Source: Octopus vulgaris (Eukaryota). From it: a stretch of DNA of 64,000 bases. Below are positions 1 to 11,420 of this stretch, one piece after another; the first letter of the stretch is position 1, and every line of letters begins with the position of its first letter. The notes beneath the pieces are model-generated. The model did no database searches. It worked only from the letters and a program-made list of their open reading frames with translations, and had not been told where the DNA came from. Location of the stretch: contig OX597820.1 of assembly GCA_951406725.2 (NCBI GenBank), positions 76,322,001 through 76,386,000 on the forward strand. The letters are read 5' to 3'. The position numbers and the translations under genes were made by a program.

Positions 1-338
1 GCTGTTTTTACCATTATTGCTTTTGTATTTCATTATTGTTTTTTGTTTTTTATATTCGTGTGGCACCGTCCGTTTTGCTGTCTTTGTGTTCGTATGCATT
101 CGACCCTTCTTCCAGGAAATCTACGCTCCTAGCTTAGTTTTTCTAATGCTCGTTGCTTAGTTTTTCCGGGAGGGCTGGCCGGTTCTAGTAATCTCAAGAT
201 TAATCAGCCGAAATTACTACGATGATCCGGTTCTTGACTGAAGACTGAGGGCTTCGAATGTCCTGTTTGTGTTTGTTGTATCGTCTTCTTAGTTTTTATG
301 CGTTCTTGTCTCAGTTTGTATTTTTCTACATATCATAA

Positions 339-392
<54 letters not shown>

Positions 393-434
393 TATGGATG
401 CATGTATGCATATATATATATATATATATAAAAT

Positions 435-592
435 AACATGACCCTAGATTTAATCAATAAAAATTTCTCCAAAACACCTTTCCATAATAATCCCCCATAA
501 AACTAATTACCACAGTACTCAAACCCATAAATCCAAGAAAGATTTTAACCAAATAGAGACTATATAAAGCCAAAATTAACCCTAATACATCA
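435..592 (-). pseudogene. Candidate NUMT, 5' part of mitochondrial nad4
   Basis: G+T-rich minus strand. In the invertebrate mitochondrial code (TGA=W, AGA=S) it reads VLGLILALYSLYLVKIFLGFMGLSTVVISFMGDYYGKVFWSNFYWLNLGS, straight through the TGA that ends ORF 454..639. Resembles a cephalopod ND4 N-terminus from memory; not searched. Confidence 0.4.
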
Positions 593-695
593 CAGTCCGA
601 CAATTGTTTAACTGGCCGAAACTTCGAAGTCACTGTCAAGAACCGTGTTTAAGAAAAACACTCTTATGCATATATATATATGTGTGTGTGTGTGT

Positions 696-732
<37 letters not shown>

Positions 733-789
733 TGTGTATACATATGTATGTGTGTAAATTATCTATTTAAGATGAAAGCAGTAACAGTA

Positions 790-952
790 GGCGCAGGAGA
801 GGCTGTGTGGTAAAGAACTTGCTTACCAACCACGTGGTTCCGGGTTCAGTCCCACTGCATTGCACCTTGGGCAAGTGTCTTCGACTATAGCTTGGGGCCA
901 ACCAAAGCTTTGTGAGTGTATTGGATAGACGGGAACTGAACGAATCCCGACG

Positions 953-1007
<55 letters not shown>

Positions 1008-1017
1008 ATATATATAC

Positions 1018-1068
<51 letters not shown>

Positions 1069-1298
1069 TTACTGTGTCTGTGATTGTGTTTCTTTGTCTA
1101 TGTTTGTAATCCCACAATCACGTGACAACCGATGCTGGTGTGTTTACGTGCCCGTAACTTAGTGGTTCAGCAAACGAGACCGATAGAATAAGTACTAGGT
1201 TTACAAAGAATAAGTCCTGGGGTCGACTTGTTCGACTAAAGGAGGTGCTCCAGCATGGCCGCAGTCACATGACTGAAAGAAATAAAAGAATAAAAAAA
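790..1298 (+). mobile_element. tRNA-derived CORE-type SINE (octopus OR-like), family A
   Basis: A box GGCTGTGTGG, B box GGTTCAGTCCC, CORE-like ACCTTGGGCAAGTGTCTT, internal (TA)n(TG)n, tail GGTGCTCCAGCATGGCCGCAGTC...GACTGAAA; many copies in this window. Confidence 0.85.
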
Positions 1299-1480
1299 TA
1301 GTACTGAGAAGTACCGTTTACCACTACTTAAATGCGGCTGTTCCTTAGTACCTATCGCTACTCCTATTTTTAAACCCAAGAGGACACCTTCTCAACTTGG
1401 TTATTTGATGCAATCTGCACCCAATATATATATTGCAAGCAGGGGAGTGAATCTCTATAATCTTCCAACCACGAGACCAC

Positions 1481-1525
1481 CAGACCCTACAGTTTCGACC
1501 TCTTTGTTGTCATCCTCGGTGGTGC
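1481..1525 (-). ncRNA. Decayed hammerhead-like motif
   Basis: Minus strand: CCGAGGA (U4>C), T, GAC..GTC stem II, GAAAC-T-GTA; stem I imperfect. Confidence 0.3.
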
Positions 1526-2134
1526 ATACTCGTCAGCTAGAGATAGAACTAGGAGTATAGTTATTGCTTTCATTTCTTACAGAAATTTTCTTAATCAGGT
1601 AATTTGCTTGTTGCAAGATCAGTGACTGTGTGCCCCTTTTTCTATATATCGCGAGCTGGAGTCGATAAAATATTTACCAGTTGAACACCGGAGTCAGTGT
1701 AATCGACTTAGCACCATCCCCGAAGCAGCTAATCTTGTACCAAAACTTGAATCCAATATCTTTGCTAAATATACTTACAATATGAACAAGAGAAGGAAGT
1801 TGGGTTTTTTTTCTGTTTTGTTTTGTTTCGTTTTTTTTTTTGCGTACAGTTCGAAGTCATCCATAAACGGCAGCTGATTTACTCCCGCATTTTCTCAGTA
1901 TTTTAGTCAACGGAATCAATGTATTCACTACAAGCTATGGTGAGAGCATCTCTTTCTGAATTATTCCCCTCCGGTTTGACGCATTTCCTAAATTCATTCC
2001 CGCATTTTAGTTCTACTTTCCACGACCTCCTTTCTAAAAACTTGTAAAGAAAAATAAAACTGTTAAATTCCTTCTTGAATCTGAGTACCCTCAAGCAATG
2101 CAAGAATCAGTAGAAAGTACAATAACATATGCTT

Positions 2135-2340
2135 GTCATCATCATCATCATCGTCGTCGTCGTCGTCGTCGTAGTGCCGTCGTCATCGTCATCCTCACCA
2201 TCATCATCATGATCGTCATCGAGGTCATTGTCATCGCCACTATCTTCATCATCGTTGTCCTCGTTCTCATTGTCATCATCATCATCATCATCATCAACGT
2301 CATCATTATCGACGATGCCGTCGTCATCGTCACCGCCGAC
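2135..2340. repeat. Degenerate (CAT)/(CGT) trinucleotide array
   Basis: Seen directly; source of the poly-D, poly-I and poly-M ORFs. Confidence 0.9.
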
Positions 2341-3429
2341 CTTACCATAGATTATTTCATATGAGTTTCGCACTTGTATACATCTGCACTCGTATACGTC
2401 TGCTTGTATACATCTGCAAATCTAACTACGAGCCAAGGATCTCTGCGAACAGTATCTCCGGTCATCGCTTGCTTATTACTATCGGAGGCATTTACTAGGA
2501 GAGCCATGTCTGTCCATTCGCCCATAATAAGATAGCCTTGCCTGTCCACTCGCACTGTTTGTTATAAAAAAAAAAAAAAACACGTACGCACTTCGACATA
2601 ACCGGCCAAATTTTTCTTTTATCACATATTTCGAGGGCACATTAAATATTTGCTTTTTATTAAAAAAACATAATTTTCTTCTTTGCCATTTCTTCGTACA
2701 GTGAGGCCTTCTCTTCTGTGTCATAATACTTCCGCATATCTCTTGTAGCTATCCATCACGTCTGTATGATGCGCAACGCTAGCAAAAGTGGAATTGTTCT
2801 TTGCTATTCTCGTTACTGCTAATACGCTTTTTTGTCTTTTAAGCTAACGCTTTGAACTTTTTCATTCACTGTATCACTATAAATATGTGAGCATGAATTG
2901 ATATCGCATTTGTAACTGTTTGCCTCGTATTCCTATTTGCCTGTTTAATATATTTTTTTTTCTGAAATCTATCTGTGTATTTGAAAAAAGCTGGGTGTGC
3001 ATCCATATCTATTTTTAGCATTAAAACTGGTATCCTCAATGAAAACTATCACTTTTTTTTTCAGCTAATGCAAAGGCTGCCACTTCGAAGCACAAATAAA
3101 TTAGTTAAATGGAAGTTACATTAGAATATATACACGGTTATAAAACAATCTCTGGTGGGAAATATATTAGACTTCAGAATATGCGAGTAAAATTTTCTTT
3201 TAATTACGGATGCTTTCGGTAGATATAATAAAATGAAACTCCCCATCCCCCCCATTATACTTTAACATTAAACAATTAGGAGGAATTGCCGGCCTTCTAA
3301 GAGCGATTTGAAACCGTGTGTTTGCACTACCATGAAATTATGAACACAAAAATTAATGGTAACAGGAAAAACAATAATAATTCTATCTATTATAAGCAAA
3401 AGACATGAAATTTTGGGGAAATCGATTAG

Positions 3430-4280
3430 GTTTACATATCGACACCAGTATTTCACTGGTACTTGTTCCATCGAAATGGAAAGGATGAAAAGCAAAGTTG
3501 ACCATGGCGAAATTTGAGATCAGAAGGTAAAGGCCGTTGTGCTAACGATTCGGCAAAGTTCGCTGCCTTAACAATAACAATAATAATAGCGTCAAAAGCG
3601 GCGAGCTGGCAGAAACGTTAGCACGCCGGGCAAAATGTTTAGTAGTATTTTGTTTGTATTTACGTTCTGAGTTCAGATTCCGCCGAGGTTGACTTTGCTT
3701 TTCATCATTTCGGCGTCGATAAATTAAGTAACAGTTGCGTACTGGGGTCGATCTAATCGACTGGCCCCCCTCCCCTCCCCTCCCCAAAATACGGGCCCGG
3801 TGCCTAGAGTAGAAAAGAATGGTAATGGCTTCAAATTTTTGCACCAGTCCAGTAATTAAGAAGGAGGGAATAAATCGATTATGTCGACTTCAGTGTTTTA
3901 CTGGTACTTATTTTATCGACCCCGATTTGATGAAAGGCAAAGTCGAAATCGGTGGAATTTTTGAACTCTGAACATAGCGCTAACCATTTTGATGTCATGC
4001 TAACGATCCTACCAGTTTGTCGCCTTAGCAATAACAACAACAACAATAATAATAATAATGATAATCCGTTCTACTACATGCACAAGGCCTGCAATTTTGA
4101 AGGAGGAGGCAAGTTGATTGTATCTATCCCATTGCTCGACTGCTATATATTTTCATTGACCACGAAAGGATGAAAGTTAAAGTCGACCTCGATTGAATTC
4201 GAACTTGGAACGTAAGGACGGACGAAATGCTGCTAGGTATTTTGCCCGGCGTGCTAACGACTCTGTCTGCTCGCCGCCTT
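3430..4280. mobile_element. Cluster of four Meta-domain SINE (family B) copies
   Basis: About 3430-3570(-), 3596-3820(+), 3825-4030(-), 4070-4280(-). They share GGCGAGCTGGCAGAA, GAGTTCAAATTCCGCCGAGG and CCTTTCATCCTTTCGGGGTCGATAAA-type motifs. Confidence 0.8.
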
Positions 4281-4296
4281 AACAATGATAGCAGTG

Positions 4297-4327
<31 letters not shown>

Positions 4328-4334
4328 CAGTAGT

Positions 4335-4372
<38 letters not shown>

Positions 4373-4799
4373 TAGTAGTAGTACTGGTGGTGGTGGTGGT
4401 GGTCATGGTAGTGGCAGTAATAAGAGTGGATGGAGTAAGAGAAGTCGCAACAAAATTAAAATATACTTCATACATATATAAACACTCAATCACACAATTA
4501 AATGCACACACACACACACACACATACACATACATGCATTATGTGAGTATATGCAAGAGAGCAAGAGTGGTGGAGTAAAAAGAGAAGAGTAGCGGTCGAT
4601 GCAAAAGCAGGGAGACAGTTTGAACAATGGCTTTCACTTCACAGCCACTCTTAGATAATTAGCGTCTTAGGGGATTTGGATTCCAAGTCAAGCATTTTGC
4701 GTTAATTGTTCCAAGATAAGAATGACAATTGTTATCTCACGGCTTTGCAAGAATATGATTATTTTTGCACGGTTCCATGCATGTATCATTAATGTATAC

Positions 4800-4870
<71 letters not shown>

Positions 4871-5009
4871 TTAATAAAAGAAAATGAAGAACAATATATG
4901 TATGTATATATATCTACCTCTCTGTCTGTCTAGCTATTTATTTTTCTATCTACCTATATATATATATATATATATATAACCGCACGCACACAGACAGATA
5001 CATACATAC

Positions 5010-5066
<57 letters not shown>

Positions 5067-5680
5067 TATATATAACGTATGTATGTATATATTATACACA
5101 CATGACCGCTACATAACGAAGAAATATCGTAGAGAATGAAATTTATGACTATCATTGTTTCCCCAGTATGTGAGAAATCTATCGCTACCATCACATCTAC
5201 TTCTGATGTCCATTCCAATGTTACTGCCCAGTGTAAACCCCGCCAAATCTCCCGCTCCGCAGCCGATGCCACCAATGATGACAACAATAACAACACAATT
5301 AACATAACTTCGTTTGCAAGAAAACAAACAAAGAAACAAAACTAAACAAATACTAAGTGTTCTGTCGTTCACATAAACGCCGTTAAAATTATGGTGTGAA
5401 AATTTACGATTTGTCAGAATAATTAATGTCTCATATATTTGTGAGAGCTTTAATTGTAAATTCTGAAGGTGTCAGAATTGGCTTATGATAGCAGTGATTG
5501 GGATGGTGGGGGCAGATGGTGGACATGGCGTGATTCGAGTATTAGAACACCTTTTAATGAAATATAACGAGGGTGACGAAGAGAACAGTACATATGATGG
5601 GTAGATATATACATAGATAGATAGAGAGATAGATAGATGAATGGATGGATAGATAGATAGATATATAGATAAATAGATAA

Positions 5681-5715
<35 letters not shown>

Positions 5716-5899
5716 TATAGATAGATAGATGGATGGATGGATGGATGGATGGATGGATGGATGGATATGGATGGATGGATGGATGGATGGATGGATGGAT
5801 GGACGGATAGATAGATAATTAAACATTTTCAAAGTAAGTGTAAATATCACATACAAAAACACGCGCATATACTCATATATACGTATATATATATACTTA

Positions 5900-6115
5900 C
5901 TTTTACATTACTTTACTTTTACTTGTTTCAGTCATTTGACTGCGGCCATGCTGGAGCACCGCCTTTAGTCGAGCAAATCGACCCCGGGACTTATTCTTTG
6001 TAAGCCCAGTACTTATTCTATCGGTCTCTTTTTGCCGAACCGCTAAGTGACGGGGACGTAAACACACCAGCATCGGTTGTCAAGCAATGCTAGGGGGACA
6101 AACACAGACACACAA

Positions 6116-6168
<53 letters not shown>

Positions 6169-6579
6169 CGACAGGCTTCTTTCAGTTTCCGTCTACCAAA
6201 TCCACTCACAAGGTATTGGTCGGCCCGAGGCTATAGTAGAAGACATTTGCCCAAGATGCCACGCAGTGGGACTGAACCCGGAACCATGTAGTTCATAAGC
6301 AAGCTACTTACCACACCTTGTGAAAGGTAGGAGAGTCCAGTTTGCTGGACATTGTTGTAGAGCTGAAAAAGAAGTAATTTCTACGCTTCTCCTCTGGAAG
6401 CCATCTACTCGCAATACCAGAGGGCGCACACTCTTCTACCCTGATGTAATCTCCAGGGATACAGGCATCCAGCAACAGGACCTCCGTAATGCTATGATGG
6501 ACCGTGAAGTCTGGCGTAACATAGTAAATTCCATTGTCTCGACCACGGTCGAACAATGATGATGACCACACAGCCACTC

Positions 6580-6582
<3 letters not shown>
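5900..6582 (-). mobile_element. Family A SINE interrupted by an RTE LINE fragment
   Basis: Reverse complement of family A; the head resumes at 6565 after the insert. Confidence 0.85.
6317..6564 (+). mobile_element. 5'-truncated RTE-clade LINE 3' end
   Basis: RRVQFAGHCCRA..LLW.P...RGR....DTG...AMMDREVWR C-terminus, (GAT)n tail, TSD ACCACAC at 6310-6316 and 6565-6571. Confidence 0.85.
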
Positions 6583-6652
<70 letters not shown>

Positions 6653-6653
<1 letters not shown>

Positions 6654-6903
6654 GGAGATGTACTTGCATAGCAAGTGATTTGATCTGAAATCGTGTGCTG
6701 AAACGAAAACAATTGCAGCGTGGAAGGTGTTTGTAAGCCATTTAAGAAACACACAAAAGCCGTTACGGATTTTTGTCAGTGAACAGGTCGCGGTCTTCAA
6801 GCGACGAAAATATTTTTACAAATTAATCTTAAATATTGAAGTGAATCGAACGGCTTTTGTGTGTTTCTTAAATGGCTTACGAACACCTTCCACGCTGCAA
6901 TTG

Positions 6904-6905
<2 letters not shown>
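6653..6905. mobile_element. Penelope-like non-coding element with 57-bp inverted arms
   Basis: Arms 6708-6764 and 6849-6905 are reverse complements with one mismatch; a hammerhead lies in the loop. Confidence 0.65.
6772..6822 (+). ncRNA. Minimal type-I hammerhead ribozyme, G3-C8 variant
   Basis: TTTGTCA-GTGAACA-G-GTCGC(ggtcttcaa)GCGAC-GAAA-ATATT-T-TTACAAA. Stem II is 5 bp, stem III is the palindrome AATATT, stem I pairs 6 of 7. Confidence 0.7.
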
Positions 6906-6996
<91 letters not shown>

Positions 6997-7000
<4 letters not shown>

Positions 7001-7242
7001 GTTGGTGCATAATTATTGCGGCTTCTCTGCAACAAATTTTATTCAACATAAACAATAACATCTAACAAAGACGTCTTTAAATGATTATTCCGGTTCATAT
7101 TCACCATCTACTTCAATTACTGCTTCCCATTTGCTTGGCAGACGATTAGACAACCATTTAAAGATATTTTGTTAAATAATGGTATTGTTTTTGTTGAATA
7201 CAATTTATTGAAAAGAAGCCGCAATACTTATGCACCAACCAA

Positions 7243-7243
<1 letters not shown>
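6997..7243 (-). mobile_element. Mariner-derived MITE (Hsmar1/MADE1-like TIRs)
   Basis: TIRs TTGGGTTGGTGCATAATTATTGCGGCTT / AAGCCGCAATACTTATGCACCAACCAAA; transposase C-terminal relic LPSKWEAVIEVDGEY on the minus strand. Confidence 0.8.
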
Positions 7244-7301
<58 letters not shown>

Positions 7302-7312
7302 CACACACACAA

Positions 7313-7343
<31 letters not shown>

Positions 7344-7349
7344 CGTCTC

Positions 7350-7409
<60 letters not shown>

Positions 7410-7431
7410 AAGAGGGAGAGAGAGAGAGAGA

Positions 7432-7975
7432 TCATATTCCGACCAAATTTGACGATTTCTTAATGACTTTTGTTTTTCATGAACAGCTTGATATATCGAT
7501 GAACAGTGAACTGTGTTGGAGAGGATGAAGTTTAAAATTGTAGTTGAAAAAAAGGTAACTAACAAGGAGGATAGGAAGCAATCTGAATATTGGACCAGAT
7601 TTACCCGTATTTAAATGCCAACATCATGACTGCTGCTCAATGCTCCGTGAACACAGTAAAAGCTGACTGTAAAGACTGTAAATGTGACATGGGCAGTCAC
7701 AACGGAGACTACGAAGCCGTGGTCAGCAGGAAGGAACCCAGTAGGTGTTCCGATTGCGTCCGCACGCCGACCTTCCCTTCGTAACTAAAGGTCAACGTGA
7801 CGAAAGATCCTAGAAGGGTATCCCAGGTTTTGGTGACAGAGATGGGTGTTGGAGTCGCTACTATGAAGCGGGCACTGAATAGGAACGTGGGCTAAAACTC
7901 GTAGAAAAGGTGCAAGGATATATTCGACTTCACCATCACCAATTTCTGACCTCATGATTGCTCCGATTGTCATAA
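7432..7975 (+). mobile_element. maT/DD37D-like transposase N-terminal relic
   Basis: SRKEPSRCSDCVRTPTF..NVTKDPRRVSQVLVTEMGVGVATMKRALN parallels the HTH region of the 49.8-kb element; contains stop codons. Confidence 0.6.
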
Positions 7976-8269
7976 CAACAAACAAGATGAGGACAAATAT
8001 CCGTCAAATGTAAATACTGTAAATAATGTACATAATGAAGATACAAATAGTTTCGTGTTTTTGTACAACGCATAAACAGAGACTGTAACATTGCGTTAAG
8101 GCACACGGCGTATTTTATAAATGTGCCTGTTCAAGTTTCATAAAAGCATGAAACTATTTCTAGTTCTTTCGGTTGTGTATTTAAATTGATATTTATCTCT
8201 CACTGGATGAAGTACTTTTTTGCTGATTGTACACCTCTGTTAGATCTGAAAACTATGTGTGTGTGTGTG

Positions 8270-8342
<73 letters not shown>

Positions 8343-8616
8343 TCAGATGAGTATGTTACTTGAGTTGAGGCACCAAAATTTAGTACAGTATTATCCATAC
8401 AATTTCAAAATAAGGTGATTAAAATCAAAATAAGCAGCAAGGATATCCAGAGGTAACGCAGTACAATCGTTTCATGCAACTCAATTTTATTGAACAATGC
8501 AATCATTGCATCAATTTAAAATGTAGAGCAATCTTTAGTAGCACAAAGAAATAGAATTTAATTAAATTAAAACAGATTGGCACAAGGCGATTTGTACTGA
8601 AATTTGTCTGATCATA

Positions 8617-8732
8617 CCATCTACAGCCGATTCACGGATAAATGCAAGACCCCGTACGTAATCCAGTAATGGCATATTAACAGGTCAAATACAAAATTAT
8701 TTACCTCCCTTTAGCATTTTTCTCCGACAGGT
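8617..8732 (-). ncRNA. Decayed hammerhead-like motif with long stem II
   Basis: Minus strand: CTGTCGG-AGAAAAATGCTA ... TTGCATTTATCCGT-GAATCGGCTGTA-GATGG; core positions mutated. Confidence 0.3.
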
Positions 8733-8948
8733 TAACGATCCCGCCAGCTCACCCCCTTACATATGTATGTATGTCTGTATGCGCGTAGGAACAACGTATG
8801 TATATGCATGTATATATGTATGTACGTACGTACGTATGTATGTATGTATGTATGTATGTATGTATGTATGTATGTATGTATGTATGTATGTATGTATGTA
8901 TGTATCTATCAATCTATCTATCTATCTGTCTATATATCTATCTATCTG

Positions 8949-8981
<33 letters not shown>

Positions 8982-9156
8982 ATCTATCTATCTATTTATC
9001 TAATTATTATCCAGTTATTTGTACGGTAAAAATTTATTATCGTTGAAGAAATATATTATGGACAGTGACTTCAAAGCTTCGGCTAGCTAAGCCATTGTAT
9101 GGATATATATATATATGTATGCTTGTATGCACGTATATATATATATATATATATAT

Positions 9157-9353
9157 TCTTTTACTCTTTTACTTGTTTCAATCATTTGATTGCGGCCATG
9201 CTGGAGCACCACCTTTAGTCGAGCAAATCGACCCCAGGACTTATTCTTTGGAAGCCTAGTACTTATTCCATAGGTCTTTTTGCCGAACCGCTAAGTTACG
9301 TTTGTGAAGCGATGTTGGGCGGACAACCACAGACACACAAGCATATACACACA

Positions 9354-9392
<39 letters not shown>

Positions 9393-9552
9393 GATGGGCT
9401 TCTTTCAGTTTCCGTCTACCAAATCCATTCACAAGGCTTTGGTCGGCCCTAGGCTATAGTAGAAGACACTTGCCCATGGTGCCACGCAGAGGGAATGAAC
9501 CCGGAACCATGTGGTTCGTAAGCCAGCTACTTATCACACAGCCACTCGTGCG

Positions 9553-9555
<3 letters not shown>
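9157..9555 (-). mobile_element. Family A SINE
   Basis: Near full-length reverse copy with a small internal deletion. Confidence 0.85.
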
Positions 9556-9595
<40 letters not shown>

Positions 9596-10006
9596 GCACA
9601 CAAAACAATGAGAGTGAGAGAGAAAGCCTGACAGAGAGAGAGAATGAGAAAGGATGAAGTCAGAGGGAGAAAGGCAGTCAGAAAGACAGACATGCAGACA
9701 GACGGAGATGGGGTGGGGCAATGATTAAGATGTCAAATTCTATTGTGTGACATTGAAAAAGAAAACGTGTGCCCGAAAGGACAAGCAAATAATTTATTGT
9801 GCTTTTCCACCTGGTTAAACTTTTGATATTACGTCATTCATTTGCTGTGTCATTCTGTCACACGTCAATTTCTCACTTTCTTCCTTTCCGTCTATGTTAT
9901 CTTTTTTTTCTTTATCAGTCTTTGTGTCTGAGGAGAATGGGTTCTGTTTAATTGTGCCTTGCTCTCGGTAACACGGAGAAACATACATGCATATAAATGC
10001 CTGCTG

Positions 10007-10154
<148 letters not shown>

Positions 10155-10230
10155 TAGATATATACATATGTATATATATATATATACATATACATATCTC
10201 TATATACATATACACGCACACACACATACG

Positions 10231-10262
<32 letters not shown>

Positions 10263-10332
10263 CACATATACATTGGTACCTTGTACCATTATTTTATAAT
10301 TATATGTACATACATATACGTATGTATATATA

Positions 10333-10697
10333 TTGAAAGTTTGTGACAGACCATGCCTTTCTTTTGCTGGGTTCAAATTTCATTTGCGAACCCATGGAAA
10401 ACAAGCTTCCACGAACTATTCTGGCCATATGTCTGTGCACGCCATTGAATGCTTTATATGCCAGAAGGTTTGCAAATCTAAGGGGGGCCTCACAAGAAAT
10501 TTTAAGATCCACAAAAATTAGAACTTATCTGCAGTTCTTGGTCGTCCAAATCGGATATGCAGTCTATGTGGGTGTCTCTTCAGAATATTGTCTGGTTTAA
10601 AAAGCCACATCAGATGCCATGATGGTTCTAAGGTGTAGGTACAAGAGGTAGTCAATCTCCGCATAAGGAGTAGACAACCACCACCACCACCACCATG
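10333..10697 (+). mobile_element. RTE-type LINE 3' end with three C2H2-like zinc fingers
   Basis: VCDRPCLSFAGFKFHLRTH / CFICQKVCKSKGGLTRNFKIH / CSLCGCLFRILSGLKSHIRCH in one frame with an internal stop, then a short UTR and (CCA)n tail. Confidence 0.65.
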
Positions 10698-10735
10698 TTG
10701 TTAGTTGTATATAAATAAATATATATATATATATA

Positions 10736-11138
10736 GGCGCAGAAGTGGCTGTGTGGTAAGTAGCTTGCTAACCAACCACACGGCTCTGGGTTCAGTCCCA
10801 CTGCGTGGCACCTTGGGCAAGTGTCTTCTGCTATAGCCCCGGGCCGACCAATGCCTTGTGAGTGGATTTGGTAGACGGAAACTGAAAGAAGCCTGTCGTA
10901 TATATGTATATATATGTATATATGTGTGTGTGTTTGTGTGTCTGTGTTTGTCCCCCTAGCATTGCTTGACAACCGATGCTAGTGTGTTTACGTCCCCGAC
11001 ACTTAGCGGTTCGGCAAAAAGAGACCGATAGAATAAGTACTGCGCTTACAAAGAATAAGTCCCGATTTGCTCGACTAAAGGCGGTGCTCCAGCATGGTCG
11101 CAGTCAAATGACTGAAACAAGTAAAAGAGTAAAAGAGT
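10736..11138 (+). mobile_element. Family A SINE
   Basis: Full-length copy with A/B boxes and tail. Confidence 0.85.
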
Positions 11139-11369
11139 ATATATGTGTGTGTTTATATGTGTGTGTGTGTGTGTGTCTACTTATACAACCGAATGTGAAC
11201 ATGATATTATTAGGCGCAGCCGTTTTGGCGCTGCTTATTTCGTGTCGCTGATTCTACGCTAATTCATTTAACATCAGTCATTTTAATGATTCACCCATTT
11301 TAATGTTACTCGCGTTACCTGCATCTCTGTCTGTCTGTCTCTCTCTTTCTCTCTCTGTCTCTCTCTCTG

Positions 11370-11420
<51 letters not shown>

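Noticed and set aside
790-860. tRNA genes at SINE heads
   Set aside because: A/B boxes run into SINE bodies with no complete cloverleaf.
5109-5372. Overlapping non-repetitive ORFs (also 2352-2555 and 52550-52779) as host exons
   Set aside because: No recognisable domain and no convincing splice-site pair; cannot be supported without RNA data.
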